Shown: piece by piece, positions 1 to 14,600 of the stretch
Layout: the number at the start of each line of letters is the position of its first letter
How positions within the stretch are numbered: the stretch's first letter is position 1
Assembly: GCF_001949145.1 (NCBI RefSeq)
Contig: NW_019091360.1
Coordinates: 3,470,864 to 3,534,863, forward strand
Origin: Acanthaster planci
Taxonomy: Eukaryota
DNA length: 64,000 nucleotides
Direction of reading: 5' to 3'
The notes under the pieces: model-generated
The model's input: only the letters and a program-made list of their open reading frames with translations
Databases searched by the model: none
Told to the model about the DNA's origin: nothing
Made by a program: the position numbers and the translations under genes

Positions 1-1057
1 CTCATTTTGGTCACTGTAGTCGCCCCTGAGACCAAAATATCGTTTTACAAACACATCAATCTCCGCTCCCGGTACCATTGCGTCTTCAGGTACGGGATCT
101 TCCGACCTCCAACAGCGATAAACTGTTCTGGTTCATTTTGTAAGTTTCCCCAATTCGGAAGGGCCCAAAGCAATTGACTCATGAACTGAAATGTGTACTT
201 GGACTCCAGCCACATTCCCCCCGGCGATTACAAAAATGTCGGCCTTGACGACTGCCTACGCTCAGTCGTTCTGCTTGCTGTTTTTACATTTGGACAAATG
301 GCCAACTTCAAGTGCAATTTTCGAATCAAGACATTAATGTCTATGTATATTGAAAACACCACGTGTGCCACATCTCTGTTTGCATGACCTGGACTTTTCA
401 TGTCGAATTCTAAGTGGCTATTGTTGCTGGTCGTCTTGATATACCACATAAAATATCGATTTTGAGGTTTGTCTCTGATAATGAAGTCGCAACATAAATT
501 TGACATATTCTGCAGGTTTCTTTTCAAACAGTAACTGTGACCATAATATTAGGTCTATGCCATGTTTTGACATGATTGTTTACGATAAACTTTCGTTAAC
601 AACAAAATAATTCTGTTATTTGACAGATGTTCTTGCCATAATGCTTCGAATTTCGTTTAGCAATCAATCAAGAGGAAGTAATTGTACGTCAGTCTTTCAG
701 TTCTACAAACCTGTTGTTCAGAAATTTAACTCACACAGGCTATTAATGAGACCCGAGGAACCAAGTGCATGGAGCTCCTAGATATGTGAGAGTTTGCTAC
801 AACACATTAGAGGGATCGATTTTTCCGATTCCGTAATCCTTGTTGTTTACAAGACCCCATGATATCGATGACCGCCCAAGAGAGCAGTACATGCAACCTT
901 GGGTGACAGACACCGTCAAGACAACGCGTCCCGCCCGCTGCAAAAACCCGTCCAAGTGAAAAAAAAATTAATGCCGACCAACCGACGTACATGTACTTGA
1001 ATTCGGCAAAACTATTACAGCAACAGCTAAAACACGCAGAGATAAAGAGTGACTTAC

Positions 1058-1470
1058 CACCAAATTCCCGAGGCGTAAACGTGCCCGATTCTCACTGTAA
1101 AACTCCCAAAGATGAGACATATTGACAGCCACGCTTTTAACTCCATTGTGCAGCGGAATATTCCCGTCACAAAGTTCTCCAGAAGTTGAGTTCCACAAAA
1201 ATGCTTCGCTCGTCGCCGTTGAACTCCGGATCTGCTCGGGAAAAACACAACCAACGCGCCCTTGGGAAAAAAAAATAATGACTGCACTCCAGAAGTTTTT
1301 CGCCGACTGATTCTACTCTTCTCGACACAAAGCAGGCAGCCGATCCATAAAGCGACACACAAAACCAAATTTCCTACTGTGTTTGCGATACCAGCGGACT
1401 TTTGGTTTTTATACGCATGGACGCGCTCGATCTCCCGTCGGCCTATCGGTGATCTGAGGGGGTTTCTATA
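1058..1470 (-). promoter_or_regulatory. Possible promoter and non-coding first exon of a minus-strand gene running off the left edge
   Basis: CpG-rich patch, TATA-like TATAGAAA (1463-1470, minus strand) and a strong donor GTG|GTAAGT at 1057/1058. No recognisable protein. Confidence 0.3.
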
Positions 1471-4400
1471 GCGGGCAATCGGCTTAATGCTCGCTATACA
1501 ATTAGAATATCAATAGACTAGCTAGGTATCGAACTCAGTAAGTCACGCGCGGCAACAAAAAAGACGATGACTTGAGTCGAATCACAGGCCGTGCCGCACC
1601 GTCCATGAACAACTTGTCGTCCTGGTCCAACAATGGGTTTTTGTGCACGTGAAAGCCGGCAGAGATGACCACGCTGGCCATAAAATTCAAAAGTAAACTT
1701 GAGATGACAATCAGTGTACCATCCATAAACCCCTGCTTGACACAAGGGGGATAGAACTCGATTGCTGGGCCACAGAGATTTCAAAGAAATGTCGTGGTTG
1801 TGTTGGGACTTGTGTTGGGCCAGTTACACTGTACCGAAAGACAGCCCAATGGCGATTGCAAAACTTGCCACGTGGTAGTCTACAACTTATCGGCCCAATC
1901 TACCAGCTTGTTTCCTCCATCAACAAGGGGATATGTACATGTACATTCCTCAAAACTTTCTTAATCTTTCCAGTCGATCTTGGGCTTAGCCCAAATCCCG
2001 ACGATAATTTTCTGTACCAATGGAGGATTAAACTGTTATATAGTTTCGCAAGGCATTGCTGTTCTGACCCGGCAGTGATTCAAGTTATACCGCATTGCAG
2101 CAATCAAATACATGTACTGTACTGTACTGTACATATGCCCAAGTGACATGCGCGCTAACCCAGGCCCAGCCTATCTGCGCACCTGTGTTTCGGTACACTC
2201 AAAGATCCGCGAGTGTTGTGAAATTTGAACTCTTCTACATATGTTTTTTTCCTCGAGAATTTTTTGCAGATCGGTAGCCTAAATTGTCTTTGTTTGGAGC
2301 ATCTGCAACGCTGAATTCGTTACTGGCTTCTCATCTGATCGATTGTCTTGCAGCAGTCAGCCATGTTGTACCGTGAGCCTGCTCCGCACAATTTTAAGTG
2401 ATATCTCCCTCTGATTATTCGAGTATTATTGTCTAAACAAGCTTTAATGGACAGCGTAAAGGGGTTATACATGTATATCTAGGTGAGCTAATATGGAATG
2501 GACAAAAGATGAAAGATAACGGCAGGTGTTGGGAAATAACTATGCGATGACCATCGTGATAGAAATGTCCCATGTGTATTCATGGTCATCAATCAAGGTT
2601 CTCGTGTCGTGGGGCTCTGTCCAAAACGACACGGCTGTACCTGTATACTATGTTTATTATCAACATGTTCCTACGTAATTTGTAACGGGAGAAAACCTTG
2701 ACCTAGCTCTAGACAACACATTCGGATGCGGCGGTTATCGTTGACGTTCATCAATGGCATGTTAATGATTTACCCTTTTGTAACTACCTGGCAACGATTG
2801 GCACAGCAATCTAATTAACAGTCTACGTTACGACTCGTGGGCACCACTGATCGAAATACTCTTCAAAAATGCGCCAACAGAAGTTCTCATACATGCGTCA
2901 ACACGAGACGAAATTTAGCGTCACATCACACCCTGGCCCCACACCAGTCCTGTGGTATGACGCTGGATTCAAGGCAGAATAGTCTGTGAGGGAGTTGGTT
3001 CTGCACAACAGTCTTAATTGAAGACCGATTTACATGTACTTGTTCATTTGTACTTGTGTGGGAGAAAGACCAGAGGGTTCGGAATGGAGACCTTTCCATT
3101 CATGCAATGGTTACAAGAAGGAAACGTGTAGACTACAGTGTTCATGTTTGCATGCAGTTGCTGATTCGCTGGTTCCCTTTCTTTTAACCCAGCTCCAATT
3201 TTGTTCCTTCTGAGACCTTGAAGTTCCCCTCGTGAACAGAATTTCATTTTAAGGTTATAATGTGCCATCCAAATGTTTATCATGAACTTAAAACAAGAAT
3301 TCCTGATATCAAAATGTTGGATTGAAGTTCCAGGCCAGGCGTAGCATGAGTCATCTGATCCCAGTTACCGCCTTTTCTCTAACCAGCGTACATGTGCATG
3401 CTTCCCTTATCGTCTGCTAAATTCATTAGTGACATGTTTGCCAAATGCTGAACTTGATTCAATTTGATGGGTAATTTTTTTGGGTTGCTTAAACCCGAGC
3501 CTCGAATTGGTTATGCGGAGCCTGGCTTAATGGCGCAGCTGTACCGTGGAGAGGAAAATGTAGCGGGATGACATTATGGTCATGCACCTTGGGCTTTTCG
3601 TCGTCTGTGCCTGGAGCCTGTGACCTCTGGTTGACCTCATCTTATACCCTATGGGTTCTGGAGTATCCATCATGGTCGAGTTGCTACAGGAAACCCGTGT
3701 TTCCCCTGTATCCGTGAAGTGACTATCATATGGAACGGTGGAAGCAAACATTGATGAAGATTGATCGAATATTCAATGAAAAACGAAAATACATCCAGTG
3801 ATGAGGTCAGGCATATGAGTATATTAAAGTGGCAGAAATGGTGTAATTTTCTACCATTTACAACGATTCAAATCACGTTTTTCAAGTCATAACTTCCAAA
3901 CAGATAAGACGTATCTGTCGCTTTAAATTTGACCTACAAATAAGTAGGGAACTACAATTTAAAAAACGCGATCCTTTTTGGAGTTCAGGTTTTTTCTTCT
4001 GCTAAAAATCAGAAAGTTATTTCAACCGAGATGGGAAAATTCCTTCATAACGCAATAAGCTAAAAGCACGGTAAACTGATTTAGCGAACATACAGAGGCA
4101 TTTTGATAAAAAGGTAGTTTTCTCGGGGGAAGAATACAAACAAATAGCAACTTTGATAGTTTTAGAGAGTGTATAAGCAAAATCAGATCTATCTCTCCTC
4201 GACCCAACCAAGATTCGATTTCTTCAAGTCTGCATGGTTTGGTTCCCCGGCTGTCCGCGCATACCCCCGAGAGTGTGGGGAACAGCTGTGACCGGCTAAC
4301 ATTCTTGATTCGCATCGTCCTTCCCGGGGTAATGATCAGTAAATTCAATTTCAGCTCATTAAGACAACATGCACTGGATACCGATATATACATTCAGAGA

Positions 4401-5591
4401 GTTCATCGCCCTTCAAAAGAAAAAAATGGCGGAGAGAAAGTAGGTTACATACTTTCCAATTCGAGCTTGATGTCGTGTTTCAAAAAGTAATATGGAAAGA
4501 TACCGGTACTGGAATTGTATTAATTCGATGGTAATTTCATTTTGAAGTCTGCCATTTCATTTATCACGAGGACAGAGTACAAGATTATAATGAAAGGAAG
4601 TCAATCAAACACATCAACATGCGCACCAACCAACAAGCTAACATATTGAAAACGTATTTCCCGACCAAATTTGGACAAGAGCCGTCAGCCAGTTCTCCGG
4701 ATTTTGACTTGTAGGGCATTGATACCAACAAGCAAACGACTCGACCGACAAATAAGAATACATGTACTCTCAAAGACTAACGAACCTAAAGTCAATGATG
4801 AAACAGGTGAAACAAAACCCATCTTTATTGAAATTATGCCAGTAAAATTGATCCAGAATGCTGACAAGCCATTCAGTCCCATTCCCAAGGCCATGGTCAG
4901 GCTTCGATTCTCCTTGAACTTTTCATTCGTGGAATTCCACGGTAGAAAGTCAAACGCTCACACCGCCCGAATCCGATCGACCCAAAGAAGTCTGACAAAT
5001 TACTTTAATCCCGCGGTTTAGTGAGTTGTCGTCAACAAGCTAACGAGGAGGTCCGTTGAATCTCACCGCACCCTGGGCTCCTCACTTTTCCGGACGATTG
5101 CATTAATTCACCGGGACTTAGGGCGGTTTTGATGACTCCCAAATGCCAAGAACTTGGCACAGAACCTGGTTTAGATTCAATCAAGACAGCCCTCGGAAAT
5201 GTTGAACTTGTTTTTGTTCTAAAAAAATCATTCGGATTTAAATGATCAAAGGGTTTAACCACTTTCTGCTTACTATACGGATATGTTTAAGTAAGTTATC
5301 GATCAATCAAGTAATTGAAACCAGTCCACTTAATTAACCATTAAGTTCGCAAGTTCTGAAAACACACTTCTATTTATCAAGCACCTTGGTTGAGATCGGC
5401 AAAAGAAACGTAAGAACTAGCGCTGCGGTTCCCAGTGTTAAGTGTACATTGTCTGTTCATCCTGTTCTCATCAAAACTGCCAATGGAAAACTGAAGAACA
5501 CTGAGAAGAAGAGTGTCGCACATATGGTTTATTCATTATAACCTAAGTCAACTTCTACGTACCGCGAGGTGGCGCTGTACAACATTTACGC

Positions 5592-6110
5592 TGCGGCTAC
5601 AGACGTATGGGCCGAGTTCGGGCGGCTTGTTCTCGTTTGTTCACGAACAGCTCGATTTGTTGTTCGTGGGTCGGTCGCTCGAACGCCGGGAATGTACAAC
5701 TGGTTATTAGCGCTAGTAGTTATTTGTGGACGTGGCAAGCAACATGCAACATGGCAGCGTCCTTGTGCATTCTTCGAGAGTTAATGTTGGATAATTGGGC
5801 TTACTTCTTTTCCATTAGAAAAATTCATTTCTGTCACGGAAAATTATTGATATTAATTTTGCAAAATTTTCCATAGTCTTCGGCTTTTTAAAGCCATATC
5901 GGTACTTTTTGCGGCTGTTCAAAAATCAAATCTCACGAGTTTTTCCGTGTGTTCGTGTGAAATCCTGACGAGGAGGTGGTGTGCGATCCTGTTCCGAGAA
6001 CAGTGTTCTTGGGAAGTGTTCCCGCCGTTCGAGCGCGAGAACACGCGTCCGTGTCAAGAACGGACCACCCGAACTCGACCATGCATGAACGCATGTCTGT
6101 GGCTACGGTA
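5592..6110. mobile_element. MITE-like element with long degenerate terminal inverted repeats
   Basis: 5592-5695 (GGCTACAGAC..CGAGTTCGGGCGG..GCTCGAACGCCGGGAA) is an imperfect reverse complement of about 6015-6110. Confidence 0.6.
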
Positions 6111-6299
6111 CCAGCAGACTGTGACCAACAGCGCAGCATATACATGTACTTCTGTCTTATTAGTACTCTTCTTAATTGTAATTCTATTAAAACAGCCTTT
6201 CACTCAATAAATGTGCACATGGTCACACAAAATTGCGACGAAATAAAAATGTTGTGGTACCCTGACAGAAAAAGACTTTCCTGCTTAGCAGATTGGACC

Positions 6300-9200
6300 T
6301 CAGTAAGCCTTTAACTGACAGTGTAACATTTTGTTCTTTATAGTTCCAACCAGCATTTGCTGACCGTATGGGCAAGCCACACTGGAACCTCTCAGAAGCT
6401 CGCCGTCATCAATTAACACTTCTCTCACGTCCGCGTTAAGCTCTTCGTCCAAGCTCATTTTTAGAACCTGTAGGTAAGATTGAAAATTGATTACTGTTAA
6501 GGTTAATGTTGAAGAAAACAATTTATTACCAATGTGCAATGTCATAATTATGTTATGGAAATGATTTAAGACTTCGCTCTCAGGCGAATCAGGATTCATG
6601 ACTGATTGCAGAAAACACTGCCAGGGACATAAAAGGCTGCCAAGGGTACAGGCAAAATGCACGTTTCAGTTTTAAGAACGAACAGAGGGTTAGCGGCTTG
6701 GCGTAGCGGTTCTTTCCTCGCTTTGCACCAGTGAGGCTCGGGTTCGAGTCCCGGCTTAGCCCAGGCTTTAAGTGCATTTGGTTTCCAGTCCATATTTGTT
6801 CTCGAGGTTTTCTCCAGGCACTCCGGTTTCCTCCTGCCTCTAAAACTGGACCTTCTTCCTATCTCCGTAATGTGATGCTGATTCATAACAACAAGAACGA
6901 AAATGATAGGGTAGTATATTCAATCTTAGCCGCCCCGCCGAGTTCTGTACCTGCGAAGGTCCTTTGTTGCGGTCGGTTTCGTCTCCCATGAATAATCTGT
7001 AGGGCTGAAAGTGGCAACCAAGCCACAGGGCACCAGTGGCTCTCTCCACTTCGATGTTATCTACGACAGTGTGCATGTCAATTTTCTGTTGGCATGCGTG
7101 AGAAAAACATTGACGAATCTTTAGCGTGAAAACAAATGTTCGGGCAGGCATAGAATACAAAGATGACTTCATTGTAAATGTTTGATTCATGTTGTGCTAT
7201 TTAAAGAAAAATGCAATCACATTATTAAAGAAAGCTTGAAAGCAACTTAAAGATGTCTCTCGTCGTTAACAACACACCAGAACAGACCACACTATTCATG
7301 AAGGGACGAGTTCGCTATTTTAATAAAAATTCACGACTTTATTTCAAGGTCATTCACCTTAAAAAACATTAGATGACCACTCTCCTTTCTTTCGAAAATG
7401 TTGACTTGACTGTCAAAGGCTCCTGCCACGTAGACATACCTGTGAAGATAGGTAAATATTGGTGACAGAAGCACCCTTCTTATCATCTTGCTTTGGGTGC
7501 AATTGCGTTTTCACAAGACCTTAACCAATCATAATTGATGATAGAGAACAAAAAAGCCTATGACACATACTTCCCGTCTGGTGATTGGTTGATTCCGTTA
7601 GCCATTGTAAAGCCCGTAGCCACTATTCGAGCCTTTTCGCCGTCATAGTAAGCCACTGTCCCGGTTGGTATTGGAGAAAATACTTCCAGAAAACTTCTGA
7701 ATTTGAAGTCATTTGTGACGTAGAAACGCCTTTCACCAACTGCCACGACATCGTTTGGACTTTCGGGAAAAAGAGGTGCGAAAAATATTTTGTTTCGCTG
7801 CTCGCAACTGTAATCAACGAAACTAAATGTACACATAATCAAATAAAATGCACAGCAAAATGACAACCAAGCAATGAGCATACAACTTAGGGGCCTAATT
7901 TCAACATGATATCGTTTGAATATAGTCATGCACTTTTTAAGATGAGACCATTGCAAAATTTGTCAATTACTTTAGTTTACCTGTATATATTGTCGCTGGT
8001 AACCGTCTCAACGTGCATCAGCGTGTTAGTGTCCTGCTTGTATTCAAATAACTCAATTGATGACCTTTTCTTCCCGCGGTTTGTTGCATACAGTGTTACT
8101 TTACCTGATGAAAGATGTCGAGAATCGAAGTGTTGGGCTGAAAAAACTTTTCGAACTCGTATTTTGTTGGCGTTTGTTTGTGATAGAGGGCGCTCTATCA
8201 CCAGTGCTGGCTGCACCAGCTGTATGGCAGGTCAGGCAGAACGATAAGCACACAGTGCCTACACTGTCACAAGGCCCCCTATATGCACGTGTAGTGATCA
8301 CGTGACCACACTTACTTACAGACCATTGATATATAATGAAAAGACTAAACCAGTTCATTAATAAATTCTAATTTATGTACGCATACGCATAAATGGCAGG
8401 GTAGGTAACAATTTTGAACGGCCCATTCAAGCAATGCAGGGGCACAAATATCAACATCATTTTTGTCATTGCCTTGTCAGTGAGCAGGTCTATATTACCT
8501 GTCGCCTCGTCCTCCAAAATACTTAAGCCAACGTAGTTGGCGCCCTCCTTGTCAAACGACTCTCCTCGGATGTTAACCTCGCTTACATTCCGGTCCGGAT
8601 AGTTGAAATCAAAAGTAAAAATTCGGGTCTTGATTTCATCTTCCATCTCCCATTCGGCTGGGGTATACTTCAGACCCTAGAAATAAAATGCGACTTTTTT
8701 AATGACCCTGTCACCCAAACATGACGAGTTGTAATGGTGATATATTTCAGCCAGTAAAGCAAACTGTTCCAAAGTGTCATACCATCCCAAAATGTATGTA
8801 ACTTACAATGTTTGGATACGCTTAAGTGCTTCGTAAATTATGTACTTACGGACGAAATGAAAGCGATTCCTTTTGATGTAACAGTGATGTCCTCTGACCC
8901 AAATTCTAAATTATTCAACACAAACAACAAAAGTGGGAGCTGTTTCGGTAAGCCTATTTATACGAGTTTTGGATTTTATGCTTTTTGAAAATTTCATTCT
9001 TCATTTCTGATCAGTTACTGTGGAGCACAGTTAGGTCTTTTTAGTCATCAAATTTAATTCAGATTGAAGCGAGAGAAGACGTCAGGAGTGATACTTACCA
9101 ATTCCAGGTACCAGACGGCATGGCCCTGGTGTGTGGTTGAACACGTGTCTGTGCACGCCCAGCATCGTCCTGTGAAAGGACGAAGTTATTAAGGTCACAA

Positions 9201-10111
9201 ACAGTATAGGCCTACCCTACAAAATGGGTTACAAATTCGCCAGCAGCAACTTTCAAGTATTTATCTAAAGTCTAACCTAGTGATTTTTGTCTCTTTAATC
9301 CATGGTGCTTTTGACGCTGTAAAACTCTATAACGTCAGCCATTGTAAATTTATTCCCACACACCTAAAGGATTATGAAGCAATCTTTGTTTAGACATACA
9401 CTGACACATAGCTAACAAATATGGCTAGCGTTCCGTGATCAAAATTGGCTTAGTGGCAGAATCAGTAAAGAGAATCTGAGAGAGGGGAGGTCGGATGCTA
9501 AAATGACCAGGAAAAGTCCAGCCAATATCGTACAAACTAACAATAGCTGGCGTGTTCACGTTCGACAGCTCCTTTCAACTTCAAGCCCGAGACATTCTGG
9601 AAATCAGGTACAGACGGAGCCAGTTCGTTCGCCCATTCAAAGTAGACTTTTTGACCAGCTGAGGTAACATTACAACATATGAAACGCAAGTAAAATAACA
9701 CCTAATTCGCGGATAATTTCGTAACACAGCAATCAATGCTTTTACCATCCATTTACATTATTCCAGTTTTCCAATTATTGTCAATATTTTCATGTATTGC
9801 ATTTATAATCCATTTTGCCATCCCTGTTTGCTCCTATCCTTAGTAAAGTCCTGCTACTGTACACCCTTCAGTTGACTACCATACACTACTCGTAGAAAAA
9901 GTGTTTCTCACGGTGACTTCCATGTGCTGCCGTGTTAAACACCGCTTGGCTGATTAAAACCCAAGGATTACCCCCCCCATGCCTGCGATGTGCGTACAGT
10001 AAAACTTGCTGAAACTATTCAACGGAATGGCACTCACGCGAGTTTGACGGTGTACCGCACGCATACGACCAGCATGAGCACAAGTGTTGCTTTTCCCAAA
10101 GTCCCCGCCAT
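6300..10111 (-). CDS. PON-like: Paraoxonase/arylesterase (PON)-family protein, copy A, 9 exons, 358 aa
   Basis: Exons 10038-10111, 9099-9169, 8850-8905, 8499-8676, 7981-8104, 7571-7759, 7358-7439, 6951-7085, 6300-6467. All introns are GT-AG, phases agree, total 1077 nt ending in TGA. Hydrophobic N-terminus MAGTLGKATLVLMLVVCV and PON motifs PGPC, GSEDI, AFISSG, PNDVVAVG..FYVTND, ANGINQSPDGKYVYV, VDNIEV..TGALWLGCH, LRGSSVA...MLVGTI..KMLHCQL. Confidence 0.95.
6690..6890 (+). mobile_element. tRNA-derived SINE in PON A intron 8
   Basis: A box TGGCGTAGCGG (6699-6709), B box GGTTCGAGTCC (6741-6751), core GGTTTTCTCCAGGCACTCCGGTTTCCTCC similar to the V/Meta-type SINE central domain. Confidence 0.8.
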
Positions 10112-11405
10112 CGTGAATGTGTTCCTGTCGACTGAGGTTTTGCAATGGCACAATTGCACAGTATCTGGCCAAGTGACGACTCCACCTCGTATACGTGTAA
10201 CCGGCGACGGTTGACTGCTTAAATACACACATAACAGCAACTATTTCGTTCTCAATGCGCAGATCTGACCCCGTATCCGGCCGGCCGCTGAGGTAGCGAG
10301 CAACAGGGTGGTACGGAGCCCCTAAAGGGACACATGATGAAAACAAATTTAGACGCAAAAATAATTTCAGTTCAATCTTCACTATGTTCACTCGAAATCA
10401 TTTCACGAATATGTTTCCACCACATTTCTCTTTAGAGGCTCCGTGGGGTAGTCCGTTTGGACTCAGTTGCAGTTTGTCCCTACCGACTCTATTTACAGAG
10501 TACATGTACTCAATTCCACCTCGTAACCGGTGACACTGAGGGGTGTTTATCAATTGGCGGGGTATTCTGCAATTGCCCCCCCCCATTTATGTACACGTAC
10601 ACAGAGAAACGACTTCATGCATATCAGTATAGCTTTATCGGGCTAGTTGGTCCTATGATTTGCATATGACGTGACCTGATTAAACACCGACGTTCACATT
10701 GTCGATCGTGGAGTAGCTAACGATTGAGAGGATTTCTGGCATGGAACTCTGACTAAATTTTTTTTTAAGTGTCTATAGATTCACCTTGGACCGTGTTCTT
10801 GCTTTTTGACTCTACCCCTGGCAACTCTTTTCAAATGCTCGATAGCTGCAGGCCATTTTACGCTGTGTTAACGAGTGAAGCAACGCGATGGTTCACGATT
10901 CCTCCGTTGAAATTTGAGGAGGGAACCGCACAGTCTCAACATGGAGGAAGGAGGGGAATTTCTCCACAAATGTTGTTGTTCATGGAGTCGATATTGATGA
11001 CAGTGACTTCACTTCGAACAGTCGATGGTCTTTTATAGTACTCTAAAAAAGTTACGTCTCTAAATTATGAACGAAATCGAACCTTTGTAATATTACAAAG
11101 ATTACTCATTTTTTTCCTTGCTTACACTTTGAAAACTAGGCCTACCTTGACAGCGATATGTAGGCATACATGGTTGATGTCTACTAGTAACTCACTAGAA
11201 GCCAATTTCATTTATTTCACTGTTAAACCAATATACTTGAAAGGATCAAATTTTGTACAGTCGACAGGGAAATTCCAGTGTACTTACGTAATGCAGGTCC
11301 GGTCTTCGTTCTAATTCACATGACCTGCTTGGCACCACCAAGAAGGTCATGTAATTAACCTTTGTCTTTTTTTGTTCGTCTTTTATCCAACATAAACATG
11401 CACAC

Positions 11406-11411
11406 TTTATT
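11406..11411 (-). terminator. Probable poly(A) signal AATAAA of PON B
   Basis: TTTATT on the plus strand about 270 nt past the stop, at the same aligned position as in copy C. Confidence 0.55.
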
Positions 11412-11682
11412 TGCAGAAATATAGGTCAAATATTCCAGCATATTCCTTTCATCGATATTGTAATATTTTAAAACAGTGAAAACTGTCATGCTTTATTTCT
11501 AAAACAAAATCAGTTTAACTGAGTATTTACCCACGGACGCAGTCGGAAAAGGTAATTTCCATTAGACCTACTTTTCCTTAAAACATGTAATCTCAATAAT
11601 AAACTAAAAAGATAATCAACAAGTTAATAACCTTTCACAATGTCATTCCTTATCACAATCAAGCCTTCATCTACGCTCTTTT

Positions 11683-14600
11683 CTAGAACGCTAGGAGATC
11701 ACACATCATCATCTGATTGCCAACTGTTCCGACCAGCATTTTCTGACCGTAGACACTGGCCACACTGGAGCCTTTGAGCAGTGTGCCGTCGTCGGCGAGT
11801 ACCTCTCGGATCTCGGGGTTCAGTTCTGCATCGAAGCGCACCCATAAGACCTGTGAAATGACAGTACGAGTATTATGGAATGATGGCCTTTGAAATGTGT
11901 AATAATTGTCTCAGGGCAAAAATTTGCCGTTTATTTTTCCGAATTTTCGTGAAAAACAAAAAGTTAACAAAAGATACCAATGCAAATGATATCAGGACTT
12001 TTTTCCTTCCCTGATGCTTTTAGCTTGTAAGTCCACAATGTGGAGTCGCTGATTAGCTTGCAGCCGCTCACCTGAGTGGTTCCCACCCACCTATCTCCGG
12101 TCATTACATCGAGTTTATAGGGCAGGTAGTGGCATCCCAGCCACAAGTCTCCTTTACTGTCAACGTTGATGTTGTCAACTGACGTGTGCATGTAGATTTT
12201 CTGGGTAAACATTGTACAAAAGATGTCGAATTCAAAGATTTTGCTCAAACGTTTTGGGCGTGTGTGATAATTGTAAGCAATTGCCGATATCGATTACTGA
12301 TTGTCAGTACTGTAACCATTTTCCATTGATAGATTAATCGGCCCTTGTTTTTAATTCAACATTCACAGGATAGAGAAATTTTCACTAGTAATCATGTTCA
12401 TAGCTTATAAAGGTTCATTCAAAACAATTAACATTGTAGTTTCGCTATTCGATCTTTTTGCCCCCATTCGTTAAAAAGCCTTCATATGTACTAAATATTC
12501 GATACTTGTGAAGGCCTTTTTGCGAATGGAATGTTGCACTGCATAATGAATAGATACCACTGCGATGACATGTTCATATTGTATGCTTTAAACTTGCCTT
12601 TCGGAACTCCAATGAACCGCGAGGGTCGTTCACGTTTCTCTCATAAACACTGATTTCGCCATCCAGTAAACCAGAGACATAGATGAACCTGCAATCGCAG
12701 AACAGGGAAAAGAAAACTTAATATTAGATAAAGAAAAAGCCAGAAGTTGCAATCTGCATTCAAGTTTACCTCCCCCGATTTGGTTTTTACCTTCCATCTG
12801 GTGATCGGTTGATACCGTTGGCTACGGCGAACCCACTGGCTACTTGCTCGGCCTTGGAACCGTCGTAGTAAGCCACTGTTCCCGTCGGTAGGGTTAGAGC
12901 GACCTCCAGAAGCCGAAAGCGATCAAGGCGAAGATCGTTGGTGGCGTAAAACGTGTCGGCACTTGTAGCTATCACATCATTGGGTCTGGGAATGATGAAT
13001 GAAATGACCTATCAAGATGTAGCACTCGGTAATTTCCGTTCGGTGACTCGTGCCATTCAAGACCATCAATAACAAGACTTAAGAAAACTTGGGCTTACGC
13101 AAAAATATTGTCGTCTATAACCGTCTTTCGATGGTGCAGCGTTTTAGAATTGTGGTCGTAATCAAACAATTCAACCGACGGTGTTCTTGGGTGTAGTTGT
13201 TTGTTGACCACAAACACGGTGACTTTTCCTGATAGAAAGTAGGCAAACACAATTTTATGGCACGCTTTTCAAACCCGTTTTTTTTTCAATTCACGGACGA
13301 AACTTTCCTTGTAAACCCGAAATCTATTGAGAACAATCATTTGGCTTTCTTTCTCAGGGTGTTCAACATTGATGCAATAGTACGATGTCCAGAGTAGTTA
13401 CCAACAGAAACGGCATGTGAGCCCGAGAGGTGAACGCTTGTACAGTTTATACGCCTATCTGTTTGTTGGTTAAAGGAACAAGGAAATGAGATTTTCTTAG
13501 AATTACTTTTTGTCTATCTATGTACTCTTCTTCCATGAATGAAGACGGTTTGACATCTTTTTTGAGTTACGTGAACTGAGCGGTGCACTTTTTCAATCAT
13601 TAAAAACTGACCAAGCATTTCTGGACAGGTGAGGGCGCTTTTGCTTTGATGTAAATCCAGGAAGACGTGGTTCAGGTTGCATGCTTTACTGGTGGAGGAT
13701 ATTTGAGGGTACTACGAGGCACTCACAGATTCAAATTATTTGCATACCATTCAACTTACACAGGACGACCATAGCTTATCACTTATCTTTTTTTCTTTTA
13801 AGGTTAAATTAAAACTGTGAAAATACCAGTGTTGGGGTCCTCCCAGGCGCTTGTTCCAAGTGGTTTCATGGCCGTCTTGTTGAAGGAGCTCCCCGTGATC
13901 TTTACTTCCTTCACGGCGTCGTCCGGTTTGTTAAAGTCAAATATGTAAATACGGCCTTGGATGGAGTTTATATGAGCCTCAGTGAGGGCCACGCCCTAAC
14001 ATTAAATGAGTTTGGGAAGTATCAGTTTGAAAAATGTGTGTAGATCTCCTGTCCAAGTTGACATTGGTTCGGAACAATTGAATGCCGATTTAACTGAAAC
14101 GTTTGATGGAGTTTATACAATCTGTTCGTTGTTTGTTCGACTAAGATAACATCAAGTAACAACAAATCAAAAGAACCTACCGATGTGATGAAGGCGATGC
14201 CATTGGACAGTGTTGTTATATCTTCGGAGCCAACATCTGTCGATGTACGAGGGAATAACAAAATATCGGTTATTATGTTCCTGGGTAATTTGAAACTAAT
14301 CCTCGGGGACACGTCAAAATTGCAGACCTTAACAAGAATGTGAATGAAGAAAGAAAAGTGTCTCTGGAAACAGATTACAACCCACTTTTCCTCGTTTAGC
14401 AACCGGCTAACTCGTTTAGCAATTGCTTGCGATGTCTTGAAGATATTCACCCATGAGATGACATTTTTTTGGTCTAGATGCGTTATTCAAACTCACCTAT
14501 TCCGGGGACAATGTGACAGGGACCTGGTGTGTGATTGAACATGTGTCTGTGTACTCCCATGATGATTCTGGAGGAAATTGTGAAGAAATTATGATCATTG

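Noticed and set aside
1..260. Minus-strand frame broken by a single TGA (..ELGKLTK*TRTVY..), considered as a selenoprotein or gene start
   Set aside because: No recognisable homology and no SECIS visible; the window edge prevents evaluation.
3527..3780. GC-richer patch considered as an exon or transposon fragment
   Set aside because: No motif could be assigned and no convincing splice boundaries were found.
6690..6760. tRNA gene
   Set aside because: A and B boxes are present but there is no acceptor-stem closure, and a SINE core follows. It is a SINE head; the same applies to 24231-24300.
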